NCBI GenBank assembly: GCA_963664815.2 | Contig: CAXXHB010000003.1 | Span: 800,001 to 864,000, forward strand | DNA from: Spirochaetota bacterium | Lineage (GTDB): Bacteria > Spirochaetota > UBA4802 > UBA5550 | DNA length: 64,000 nucleotides | Reading direction: 5' to 3' | In this document: positions 1 through 9,775 of the stretch, piece after piece | Layout of the letters: each line of letters starts with the position of its first letter | Numbering within the stretch: position 1 is the first letter of the stretch | Notes under the pieces: model-generated | What the model saw: the letters and a program-made list of their open reading frames with translations, nothing else | Told to the model about the DNA's origin: nothing | Database searches by the model: none | Translations under genes and position numbers: made by a program

Positions 1-70
1 GTCCATGCTGTGCTAGAACCTGAACTATGCCTGCACCCATTGTGCCTGAACCAAGTACTGTTACTTTCAT
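1..70 (-). CDS. hbd: 5' end of 3-hydroxyacyl-CoA/3-hydroxybutyryl-CoA dehydrogenase (runs off left edge)
   Basis: Manual translation of reverse strand MKVTVLGSGTMGAGIVQVLAQHG, a Rossmann GxGxMG motif typical of the 3HCDH N-terminus; GAGAGGA RBS upstream; not in ORF track. Confidence 0.8.
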   Translation of the reverse strand, partial: MKVTVLGSGTMGAGIVQVLAQHG

Positions 71-441
71 TTTTCTTCCTCTCTTTAATTTTTTTTGGTG
101 AAAATCACTTTTCAGTAAATACAGTTTTCATTTTGAAAAAAATGAAAGACCGTTCTTCTGAATCCGGATCACCTCATAATCAATTTTAAAACTAATTATC
201 AGTATATAAAATCAGCTGAATCCTGTTAAAACCGGGTTCAGCAATATTATTACTGATCATGTGTAATATCATTAAGCCATAACAGAAGTTGATTCAATAG
301 TCTATGTGTCTTAAATTCTGTGGTCATAACAGTTTTTTTGATGTAACCAGTCTGATATGTACAGTTAGATGAATATATTTTGTTTAAAAAGCGGGCGTAC
401 TTGAATGAACTGTTGATCTTTAATCTGTTTTATATTTCGCC

Positions 442-470
442 TTGACTATGAGGTTTATTATAAGTATATT
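442..470 (+). promoter_or_regulatory. sigma70-type promoter for the 556 gene
   Basis: TTGACT (442-447), 17-nt spacer, TATATT (465-470); AGGAG RBS before ATG 556. Confidence 0.6.
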
Positions 471-555
471 TTAATGAAAAATCTGATAAATGGATACTGT
501 CAAATAAGGGATTTGCCGGTTTTTATATGATTATTGAGATAGAGGAGTTTCCAGC

Positions 556-3441
556 ATGGGCTACCCATATATGTTTTTCAAATCTGGCTGGAAAAGCAGG
601 ATACGGCTGCTTGTCAGCAATTTCCTGATAAGAACTATTCCGCCATTCATGGTGCTGGCACTCCTTTCAGGATATCTTTTCTGGTATATTGTTCCATTGA
701 TTGAAGAAAGTCATACAGAACACAGCATTGAACTCTCAAGAAGACTGATTGATATTGCCCTCAGCGATCTGTCCAACTGGCATTCGGAAGTTGATCGTGG
801 AGTCATAAATGAAAAATACGCAAAAAAAGCAGCCCTTGAACACCTTAGAGGATTAAGGTTCGGGAGAGAATTAAATAATTATTTCTGGGTGCTTGATAAT
901 AACGGGGTAGTAATCATGCATCCCTACCGTCGTGATCTTGAGAACAGAAATCCTGGAGAGGTTACTGGTCCTGACGGGGAACTGCTGAGAATACTTTTCA
1001 GCAGGATGACTGAAGCTGCAAAAACTCCTGAAGGGGGAACAATAAAATACAGATGGCATCACAATGAAAGAATTGAGGCTGTTGAAGAGAAGGTTTCCTA
1101 TGTAAGAAAGTTCAGTCCATGGGGATGGACAGTTGGAACAGGGTATTATACAACTGAAATTGAAACCGAGCTTAAGCACCTCAAGAAAAAGATTACAATA
1201 GCCGGTATTGCACTTGCCTTTGTCACAAGCCTCATCGCATTTATCCTTTCCGTCAGGTATGTCAGTATAAGAGCCGATGAAATCAGCACAAGGAGGGAGC
1301 TGGAGGATAGTGAAAAAAAATTCAGGATTCTCTTCGAAAACAGTCCATTCAGTATATCAGTCAATACTCTGCAGGACTGGAAATTTATGGCTGTTAACCC
1401 TGCATTTGTCAAATTATCAGGATACAGTGAGTCCGAAACAATAGGCAGAACGCTCTCTGAACTCGGGATTGCCGATGACCGGACAGAGTTAATAAAACAG
1501 TCTGGAACTCTCAGGGAGAAGAATACCATTATTAATAATTTTGCAAGAATGATCACAAAAAATGCTGAAGAGAAACATATAATTTATTCCTCTGTTCTCA
1601 TCGTTATCAGGGGGATAGAGTGTGTTCTGACACAGTCCATAGATATTACAGAAAATATTATTCTTGAGAAAAATATAAGCGAACTTGAAAATCAGATTGC
1701 CGGAAGGATTGCAGACCTTGCCAGACTGGACAGCCTTCTGACCAAAAAGGAATATGAGATTGATGATATCAAATCGCAGCTTGAATTGAGCACACGGGCA
1801 TTTGAAAATGCGACAGAGGGTTTTGTTATAACCGATACTGAGGCAAATATTATATCAGTCAACAGGGCGTTCACCGAGATTACCGGATACTCAATGGCTG
1901 AACTCAAAGGTAAAAACCCCAGAGTTCTCAAATCAGCAAGGCACGACGCCTTGTTCTATGAAAGAATGTGGCATGATCTTACCGTGTCAGGAACATGGAG
2001 CGGTGAAATATTCAACAGGAGAAAAAACGGTGAAATATATCTTTCGTTTCTCAATATTGCGGCAGTACGGAATAAAGAGGGGATTACAATAAACTATATA
2101 GGCGTTAACAGTGACCTTACGGAAATTCAGAGAAGCCGCGACATGCTTCAGCACCAGGTGATGCATGACAGCCTCACTTCGCTTCCCAACAGGTTTCTGC
2201 TTCTGGACAGGCTCGGTATTGCATGCAGCCGCGCGGCTGAACAGGGTTCAAGCATTGCCGTTATAATGCTTGGACTGGACAGGTTTGACGGAATCAACAA
2301 GGCGATGGGCTATCTTGCAGGAGATGATATCCTCATCAAGTCGGCTGAAAGGCTTAAAAACGCAGCAGACAGAAAGATGACCCTCGCGAGATTCGGAGGC
2401 GATGAATTTGTCATCCTCTTTCAGTTCAACGGCAGTCTGGATGATCTTGTTCCTTTTATAAACAGGATTCTTGATGAAATACGGGAGCCTTTCATTTCGG
2501 GAGATGAAAGGCTTATGCTGACTGCAAGTATTGGTGTTGCAATCTCTCCGCAGGATGGTGATGATCCGAATCTTCTGATTAAAAATGCATCCCTGGCCCT
2601 TGACAGGGCTAAAAGAGAGGAAAGGAACACCTTCAGATTTTTTACCGGTGACCTGGATGAAAGATTTAAAAACAGACTCAGAATGGAGAACGATCTGAAG
2701 AATGCAGTGAATAAAAATGAATTTATTCTATATTACCAGCCAAAGGTAAACGCTTCAACCGGAAAAGTCAAAGGTATGGAGTCTTTAATAAGATGGGAAA
2801 GGCCCGGCATAGGACTTGTATCTCCATCCGAGTTTGTCCCTTTTGCCGAAGAGATTGGAATAATTTCAGGCCTGGGGAGTTATGCTCTCAGTGAAGCATG
2901 TCTTTTCAGCCGGAAACTTTTATCAGACGGTTATGACCTTATAGCGGGAGTAAACATATCCCCGAAGCAGTTTATGGAAAGTGACTTTTCAGAAAAAATA
3001 ATAAATGCAGTCAAAGATGCCTCTATACCATTTTCATGCATAGAACTTGAAATAACAGAGGGGGTAATAATGCATGATATTAAAAGATCTATAGAGATTA
3101 TGGATTACCTCAGGGGTCTGGGAGTGCGTTTTTCACTGGATGATTTCGGCACAGGCTATTCCTCTCTGTCTCATATAATGAATCTGCCGCTTTCCGCAAT
3201 TAAGATTGATAAGTCTTTCATTGATGATATTGCTGAAAATTCAGATACAAGAGCGGTGGTGTCTGCCCTTGTTGTCATGGCAAGGAAACTCAATCTTGAA
3301 CTGGTTGTTGAGGGTGTTGAATCAATACGACAGCTGGATGTGCTGAAATCTATTGATGAAAATATAATTATACAGGGATACTTTTTTTCCAGACCGCTCT
3401 CCGAAGAGAATTTTATCATTTACCTGGGTAGTAACTACTGA
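556..3441 (+). CDS. Membrane-bound Cache-PAS-PAS-GGDEF-EAL c-di-GMP signalling protein
   Basis: Two TM segments flanking a Cache-like region (YFWVLD..MHPY..PWGWTVGTGYY); two PAS domains; RFGGDEF; ESLIRW, DDFGTGYSSL and EGVE EAL motifs. Confidence 0.93.
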   Translation: MGYPYMFFKSGWKSRIRLLVSNFLIRTIPPFMVLALLSGYLFWYIVPLIEESHTEHSIELSRRLIDIALSDLSNWHSEVDRGVINEKYAKKAALEHLRGLRFGRELNNYFWVLDNNGVVIMHPYRRDLENRNPGEVTGPDGELLRILFSRMTEAAKTPEGGTIKYRWHHNERIEAVEEKVSYVRKFSPWGWTVGTGYYTTEIETELKHLKKKITIAGIALAFVTSLIAFILSVRYVSIRADEISTRRELEDSEKKFRILFENSPFSISVNTLQDWKFMAVNPAFVKLSGYSESETIGRTLSELGIADDRTELIKQSGTLREKNTIINNFARMITKNAEEKHIIYSSVLIVIRGIECVLTQSIDITENIILEKNISELENQIAGRIADLARLDSLLTKKEYEIDDIKSQLELSTRAFENATEGFVITDTEANIISVNRAFTEITGYSMAELKGKNPRVLKSARHDALFYERMWHDLTVSGTWSGEIFNRRKNGEIYLSFLNIAAVRNKEGITINYIGVNSDLTEIQRSRDMLQHQVMHDSLTSLPNRFLLLDRLGIACSRAAEQGSSIAVIMLGLDRFDGINKAMGYLAGDDILIKSAERLKNAADRKMTLARFGGDEFVILFQFNGSLDDLVPFINRILDEIREPFISGDERLMLTASIGVAISPQDGDDPNLLIKNASLALDRAKREERNTFRFFTGDLDERFKNRLRMENDLKNAVNKNEFILYYQPKVNASTGKVKGMESLIRWERPGIGLVSPSEFVPFAEEIGIISGLGSYALSEACLFSRKLLSDGYDLIAGVNISPKQFMESDFSEKIINAVKDASIPFSCIELEITEGVIMHDIKRSIEIMDYLRGLGVRFSLDDFGTGYSSLSHIMNLPLSAIKIDKSFIDDIAENSDTRAVVSALVVMARKLNLELVVEGVESIRQLDVLKSIDENIIIQGYFFSRPLSEENFIIYLGSNY

Positions 3442-3749
3442 AGCTTGCTTCATTCAGCCGCTTCATGTTTTTTTGTTAATAACCGATAACAGACCCCCCT
3501 CCGATTTTTATTATTTCCTGATTTGTAACCGTATTATTTAATTCTTAATAACTGTTTTATAATTTATGTAGCCGGTGTAAGTAGCAATTTAACTGTCACA
3601 GGTTACTGAATTAAAAGTGCAAATCCCTATTTACAGAATACTTTTTCAGCAGTACATTCACGATGTATTTGAGATCAAGTAAGTACACAATACTGAAAGC
3701 GATCAGGATATTTATTACGATTTTATAAATATTACATAAGAGGTGTACT

Positions 3750-4763
3750 ATGAAACTTTTCACAACAGACGCAGGCACGATCAGAGGAATAGGAGGTGTA
3801 AATGCACTGCTGAACTTCATCGATCACAAAACATCCGGTATCCGTTACAATGCGTTATCAGCACTTGCCGGAGTTCCGGATATGAATGATGCCACTATCA
3901 GCAGGCTGAAAAAAATGGCAGAAGACAGATCGCCGATAGTAAAAAAGGCTGCAATACTTAAGCTGGCGGGGGTGATCCCGGGATATGTATCCGGAGGCTT
4001 TGTTGACATCGTTGCAGAAGGTTCAAAAGACGAGAAGCTTGAACTTCTCAAAATTATTGAAAAGCGCGGCAAATCCGGAGATGAAACCATACTGATGGTA
4101 ATCATGCATGGACTGCGTGATAAAAATGAGTCGGTAAAACTCCAGGCCCTTGCAGCTGCTGAAGCATCAGGGAGCAAACATCTGGTTCCATATGTTGCAG
4201 GATGTCTCAATGCAAAACATCACAAAGTCCGTATTTATGCAGCCGGTACTCTTTTCAAGGTCGGAGGAAAAGATGCAACAGATTATCTGATCGGATTGCT
4301 TGCAGACAAAAACATTGATGTCGTATCAACTGCGCGGCAATACCTTAAAAGGATAGACTACAGGCTGGCTGAAAAAGCAATTAAAGATGAAAAATTCATG
4401 TCACTTGTCAAAGGTATGAACGACAAAGAACCTGTACGTAAACTTACAATTCAGAAAATCGGCGAAGAGGAAATAAGAGAAGGTTTATCGCTGCTGCACC
4501 GCGGATGCTCAGACAGATACAGAGAGGTTCGTTTCGAGGCTTTAAAAGCAATATCAGTGTTTAAAAGCCCGTCATCAGTTGAATATGTTGAAAAACTGCT
4601 GAATGACAGGTCTTTAAATATCAGGATGGAGGCAATACGTACACTTGAAAGTATCGGTGACCAGTGTGCGCTAATAGCTCTTGAGTGGGGACTTGATGAC
4701 AGAAAAGACGTAGTAAGAAAAGCCGCCCATAATGCAATTGTCAGGCTTAAAAGTGTAAAATGA
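3750..4763 (+). CDS. HEAT/PBS-lyase repeat protein
   Basis: Repeated L..L.D....VR..A...L helical units; GAGGTG RBS. Confidence 0.85.
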   Translation: MKLFTTDAGTIRGIGGVNALLNFIDHKTSGIRYNALSALAGVPDMNDATISRLKKMAEDRSPIVKKAAILKLAGVIPGYVSGGFVDIVAEGSKDEKLELLKIIEKRGKSGDETILMVIMHGLRDKNESVKLQALAAAEASGSKHLVPYVAGCLNAKHHKVRIYAAGTLFKVGGKDATDYLIGLLADKNIDVVSTARQYLKRIDYRLAEKAIKDEKFMSLVKGMNDKEPVRKLTIQKIGEEEIREGLSLLHRGCSDRYREVRFEALKAISVFKSPSSVEYVEKLLNDRSLNIRMEAIRTLESIGDQCALIALEWGLDDRKDVVRKAAHNAIVRLKSVK

Positions 4764-4868
4764 AATAAGCTGATATTTAAGGTATTTCTCTCTGACGGCA
4801 TAAAACCCGGAAGAGAGAAATACATCACATTTTTCTTCGCATGATCGGGAATACGGCCTTTAAAGTTA

Positions 4869-5741
4869 TTATTTAAACTTTATCTGCGAGACAATCATTC
4901 CTGTTAGCATAAGCGCACATCCGGTATAACCCCTGATTCCCATAACCTCATGGAGTATAAGGTAGCCGCCGAGGCTTGCAAAAACTGTCTCCATACTGAG
5001 TACAATCGCGGCATGCGATGGTTTCGCATACTTCTGTCCGAATACCTGGAGTGTATAGGCAATACCCACCGAGCAGATACCGCCGTATAGTATAGGTATA
5101 AGGGCCATTTTAAAACCCTGAATTGTTGCTGTTTCAAAAATGAATGCTGTTCCGAGGCTTAAAACCGAGCATGTTGCAAACTGGATGAATGAAAGCTTTA
5201 GTGCATCTATGCTCTTTGTATAGTGATCAATTACAAGTATATGGAGGGCCCAGAATATCGCTCCTGTGAGTTCAAGAAGATCACCCTTCGAGATATAAAA
5301 ATCACCGGTAACACTCAGCAGGTACAGGCCAGTTATGGCGACGGTTGCCCCTGCCCACATACTGAGATTTATCGTATGCCTCAGAAATATACCGAAGACG
5401 GGAACAAGGATTATATAAAGGCCAGTGATAAAAGCTGCCTTCCCTGCAGTTGTTTCATTAAGACCTGCCTGCTGCAGTGATGCGGCAAGGAATAGCACTG
5501 CTCCTGTAACCGCGCCGGCTGTCAGTGTTTTCACGGCTGGTGCCATGCCGGCTTTCTGATGACGGCGGTTGTAGATAAGGAGGGGGAAAAGTGAAATGGC
5601 GCCAAGAGCAAACCTCACGCCATTAAAAGTAAATGCTCCCAGGTATCCCGCTCCAACGCGCTGTGCAACAAAAGCGAACCCCCATATTGCTGCAACAAGG
5701 AGCAGTATCAGATTAGCCTTTAACCCTTTCTTCTCATTCAT
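4869..5741 (-). CDS. DMT/EamA family transporter
   Basis: About 10 TM helices, AIWGFAFVAQ start, duplicated EamA pattern. Confidence 0.92.
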   Translation of the reverse strand: MNEKKGLKANLILLLVAAIWGFAFVAQRVGAGYLGAFTFNGVRFALGAISLFPLLIYNRRHQKAGMAPAVKTLTAGAVTGAVLFLAASLQQAGLNETTAGKAAFITGLYIILVPVFGIFLRHTINLSMWAGATVAITGLYLLSVTGDFYISKGDLLELTGAIFWALHILVIDHYTKSIDALKLSFIQFATCSVLSLGTAFIFETATIQGFKMALIPILYGGICSVGIAYTLQVFGQKYAKPSHAAIVLSMETVFASLGGYLILHEVMGIRGYTGCALMLTGMIVSQIKFK

Positions 5742-6070
5742 TGTAATCTTCCATGACAGGTATTTTTTAGTTTATATTCACTGCTATAGAAGGTATAAAT
5801 GATGTCAACAGGATTATTTTCCTTGGTATTCTGAAAAAAAGTTGAAAGTTTTGATGCAATACTTCCTACAATAACTATTATCCAGATTTGAATAAATATA
5901 AAATATATATTGTCCATTCAACGGGATGCTATTAATATTTTGAATTTAAAGTTATATTATCTGATGCTGATAAAACAGCTGTATGGCCAGTCGGGCAAAA
6001 ATGGGGATATAAAGATAATTCGTATTCCCTTGTAAATAAATCAGTAATAATAAACAATGGAGGCTGTATT

Positions 6071-6862
6071 ATGACTGCCAGTATTGAAGTAAGTAAAATT
6101 AATCATGTGGCCTGGATGCTGCTGAAAACCCAGACTCTCACACCGGAATTTCAGGAGGATTTTTTCACTGTAATGGATGAAATGGATCGGGATGATGATG
6201 TCCGCGTTGTTGTTTTAAAGAGTGCAAATCCCAAGATATTTTTTGCCGGGGCTGATCTGAAAGGAATATTTGCGGCACTTTCCAGAAAAGAAACGGGTAT
6301 CTATGCAACAATAAGGTCCGGAATGTCGGATTCATACCGTGTAATGGAACGCCTTGAGTATGCAGTCAAACCTTCCATTGCTGCTGTTGATGGCGCAGCA
6401 CTTGGCGGTGGATGTGAGCTTACCATGGCATGTGATATAGCCATTGCTGCGGATACTGCCTTTTTCGGCTTCCCTGAAGTAAAGCTGGGACTGATTGCCG
6501 CAGCTGGCGGAACAAGCCGGTTGCCGAAAAGAATCGGCAAACAAAAAGCCATGGATCTGCTTATAACCGGACGTACAATTACCGCCAGTGAGGCAAAGGA
6601 AATAGGTCTTCTGGCACGTGTGGTTACACAGTCATCTCTGCAGGATGAGGTGGAAAAAACAGCTGCCATGATCGCCGCCAATGCACCTCTGGCAGTGCAG
6701 GCTACCAAAGCCGTGGTTGCCAATGGGGAATCTATGCTGGAAAGAGGCCTGGGCAGGTACTCTGTGGATATGTCCTTTGAGCATTGTTTCAAGTCCAATG
6801 ACCTGTTTGAAGGGGTGAAATCCTTCATGGAGAAAAGAAAACCGGATTTTAAAGGGAACTGA
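6071..6862 (+). CDS. Enoyl-CoA hydratase/isomerase
   Basis: FFAGADL, KPSIAAVDGAALGGGCEL and FPEVKLG crotonase motifs; GGAGG RBS. Confidence 0.93.
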   Translation: MTASIEVSKINHVAWMLLKTQTLTPEFQEDFFTVMDEMDRDDDVRVVVLKSANPKIFFAGADLKGIFAALSRKETGIYATIRSGMSDSYRVMERLEYAVKPSIAAVDGAALGGGCELTMACDIAIAADTAFFGFPEVKLGLIAAAGGTSRLPKRIGKQKAMDLLITGRTITASEAKEIGLLARVVTQSSLQDEVEKTAAMIAANAPLAVQATKAVVANGESMLERGLGRYSVDMSFEHCFKSNDLFEGVKSFMEKRKPDFKGN

Positions 6863-6940
6863 TTTTACATCTTTTATATGTGCCTCAGCTGGCAAATGGT
6901 TAAAGTCAGCTGAATTTTTATAAAGGAGTTATTAAAAACC

Positions 6941-6961
6941 AGCCCCTGCACTGCAGGGGCT
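6941..6961 (+). terminator. Hairpin, probable terminator
   Basis: AGCCCCTGCA-C-TGCAGGGGCT perfect inverted repeat about 80 nt after the stop; U-tract weak. Confidence 0.5.
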
Positions 6962-7287
6962 TATAAATGACTGATTTGTTAACTCAATCCCATTTTTTTG
7001 CTCCATATCCCCTATCTGATACCATGAGATTTTATGAAAATGATCAGGACTTATTAAATTACAACAGTATTGCAGACTGATAAAAAAATGAGCGTGTTGA
7101 TCAGATGATCATTCATATGATTCTGTATCGTTATTTTCAAATAATCTGAACTGATAATTAAATGATACAGAGTTAAATTGATTGTTGGTAAGATGATCCA
7201 AAAACCCGATATTTTCCGGAATCTGCAAATGGAACTTTCTCATAAATTTACAGGTCTAATAAATTAAAAAACTCATGGTAAAACTAT

Positions 7288-8094
7288 ATGAAAAGAAATC
7301 TTTTATTCTGTGAATTAATAATTTTATTTGCCGGGATTATAGCAACGGCTGGAAATGAAATAGGTGAGGTTGGAAGCGTAGATTCAGGGAAGAAAGAGAT
7401 AATAGTAAATGTCAAGTCCGGGATAAATCTTAAAATGGGGGAGAGACTTTATGTACGTGCAGGTGATGAAATAGCCGTGATGGATGTCACCTTCCCCATG
7501 ATGACTTCATCTAAATGTCAGCTGCTGAAGGAGTATATTAAGCTTTCAGGTAAAATTAAAAAAGGGATGAGTGTGTATTTTTTTGATAAAACTGCTCTGA
7601 AACCCGGGAATACTGTGAGTGAAACTACAGGTGTAAATCTATCAGGTAAAAGTTATTTTAAGAATAATAATAATGGTACGATGACTGATCTCCGTTCAGG
7701 ACTGACCTGGTTAAAGGATGCTAATTGCGCGGGTAAAGCGTTGAACTGGGGGGATGCAAATTCTTTCTGTAAAACTCTGAAAAAGGGCGGGTATGAAGAC
7801 TGGCGTATGCCGTCAAAGGCGGAACTGGAATCACTGGTTTCAGGTTTACCTGAGGGGACTGTGTGGAAAACAGAAAACTGGATTCCACTATTGGCTGGTT
7901 ATGGATTTGATGATGTACAGGCATTTTACTGGACATCTACAATCCATCCGGTAGTTCTATGGCCTGATAACAGGTATGTTATGTATATAATATCAGGATA
8001 TAAAGATGAAGCTTCACTTGAATCAGATTTAAGGTTTATATGGCCTGTACGCGGTAAAATGATATCCGGGAAAGAGAGTAATTCCTCTAATTAG
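7288..8094 (+). CDS. Secreted DUF1566 (Lcl C-terminal, C-type-lectin-like) protein with an unnamed N-terminal beta domain
   Basis: Signal peptide; NNNGTMTDLRSGLTW, GGYEDWRMPSKAEL, YWTST and WPVRG DUF1566 motifs; residues 25-100 resemble the C-terminus of 57972..59261. Confidence 0.85.
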   Translation: MKRNLLFCELIILFAGIIATAGNEIGEVGSVDSGKKEIIVNVKSGINLKMGERLYVRAGDEIAVMDVTFPMMTSSKCQLLKEYIKLSGKIKKGMSVYFFDKTALKPGNTVSETTGVNLSGKSYFKNNNNGTMTDLRSGLTWLKDANCAGKALNWGDANSFCKTLKKGGYEDWRMPSKAELESLVSGLPEGTVWKTENWIPLLAGYGFDDVQAFYWTSTIHPVVLWPDNRYVMYIISGYKDEASLESDLRFIWPVRGKMISGKESNSSN

Positions 8095-8111
8095 CATTTA
8101 TACCGGAATTC

Positions 8112-9296
8112 TCACCCGTCTATTATAACTCGGTTGCCGTCAATGTTTATCAACCATTCCCGGTCTGAATCTGCAAGACAGTAGCCATCTCTGAATTCTG
8201 AAAGTGTCAGAATCTGTCCGGCGAAAGGTGGAAACAGCGATGATTGCAGTGCCGGCTGTATGCCGTGAGGCATTCCGTCTGATCCGAACAGCATATCCCT
8301 GCCCGGGACAAATCCCGCTTTGTCAATAAGCATCCGGAAAGGATTGTTCAGAGAGGAATATCCTCGTGGAAGCCGGTCTGCGTATATTACTGAATCGGTA
8401 TTGAAATTCGGCTGCATCGACAGCGTGATGCCTGCTTCTTTTGCAGTAAATGCGGCATCCCTTGTAATAAACTGAGCATGTTCTATCCGGACAGGTCCGC
8501 TGCATCCGGTTTCATTACGAAGAAGTCTTACAGCTTCTACAACCTGGTCGACAGCCATATCTCCTATGGCATGGATGGCCAGAGGTATTCCCGGCTTCAT
8601 ATACTTATGCAGTCTGGCGGTAAAAACATCATTTTCCATAAGAAGAATGCCTCTCTCTCCTGAAAGATAGTGGTCAGACAGAGCAGCAGTCCTGGTTCCA
8701 AGAGCTCCGTCAGTGAAGAGCTTCACTCCCTGTATCTTTCCTCTTTCTGCAGGTGTAAGAGCTGCATATACTTTCTCATCAGCCCAGAATTTAACAGGTA
8801 TCGGAAACCCGGTTGAAAGAGTCAGCCAGTCGCGGCCGGGCAGAAGCATATCATCCATGGCGCCTACGCCTGATTCAAGGAGCGATTTACCGAAAGAGGT
8901 AGTCTGCTCGATTGATGGCGGGGCCAGGCAGACAATCATCCCGAGAATCGCCGGGAGATTTTTCTCTGTCCATAAAGGATCCATATAATTTTGAACAATA
9001 TCATTGTATTCCCGTGAAAGATATTCTTCGGCGGGAGTATTCATAACCATCCCGTGAAGTGAAAGGTTGAACACAATCACAGGCCCCTCGTCTCCAAGAT
9101 CCTGTGGTGTAAGAGCAAACATGGAACTGTTCCATCCGGGAATAATTGTTATATCTTCTGATGTATTGCCGCGGATGATATCACATGCATGCGTATGATC
9201 ATTTACTTCTGCAAGCGAAGGCATTACTGAAAGAGCGGCATACAGGAGATAATGTGAATGATGATCGTAAAGCGGAGGAATTGATATGTTTTTCAT
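8112..9296 (-). CDS. Amidohydrolase-3 family metal-dependent hydrolase
   Basis: DHHSH, KLFTDGALGTRTAAL, HAIGD, RIEHAQ, FGSD; alternative GTG start at 9302. Confidence 0.85.
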   Translation of the reverse strand: MKNISIPPLYDHHSHYLLYAALSVMPSLAEVNDHTHACDIIRGNTSEDITIIPGWNSSMFALTPQDLGDEGPVIVFNLSLHGMVMNTPAEEYLSREYNDIVQNYMDPLWTEKNLPAILGMIVCLAPPSIEQTTSFGKSLLESGVGAMDDMLLPGRDWLTLSTGFPIPVKFWADEKVYAALTPAERGKIQGVKLFTDGALGTRTAALSDHYLSGERGILLMENDVFTARLHKYMKPGIPLAIHAIGDMAVDQVVEAVRLLRNETGCSGPVRIEHAQFITRDAAFTAKEAGITLSMQPNFNTDSVIYADRLPRGYSSLNNPFRMLIDKAGFVPGRDMLFGSDGMPHGIQPALQSSLFPPFAGQILTLSEFRDGYCLADSDREWLINIDGNRVIIDG

Positions 9297-9775
9297 AATC
9301 ACCCATTATAGAAATAACTTATTGTAACGCTTACGGAACTGTATGTCAAGCAGCTTATGTAAGTTACAGTTATGATTATAACTGTGGAGGCTGAATATGC
9401 CTGGAGTTGCCATTTTCAGAAAAACTGTTGATTCCCTGATATTACAGATTTATCTTCTCAAATTATCTGTTTATATAAGAATACGGGAGGATATTTTATT
9501 CCGTCATATTTTACATCTGATATTGAGGCAGTTCGGAGGAGAGAATAGATCCTGATGAAAAGAAGAGATTCAATGCATCAGGATTGTAGAATAAAACAGT
9601 AATGTTTTTTAAGCGGAGAAGAGACTGGAATAGTAATGAATATCGTCCAATCAAAAGGTTTTGAATAACAACAGTTTTGATTTTTTACATGGAAATTTAT
9701 GAATCATTATTGAAATTTAATTGATTTATTTTATGTATATTTAAGAAATATATATTGCATACAGCGGATAAATTC

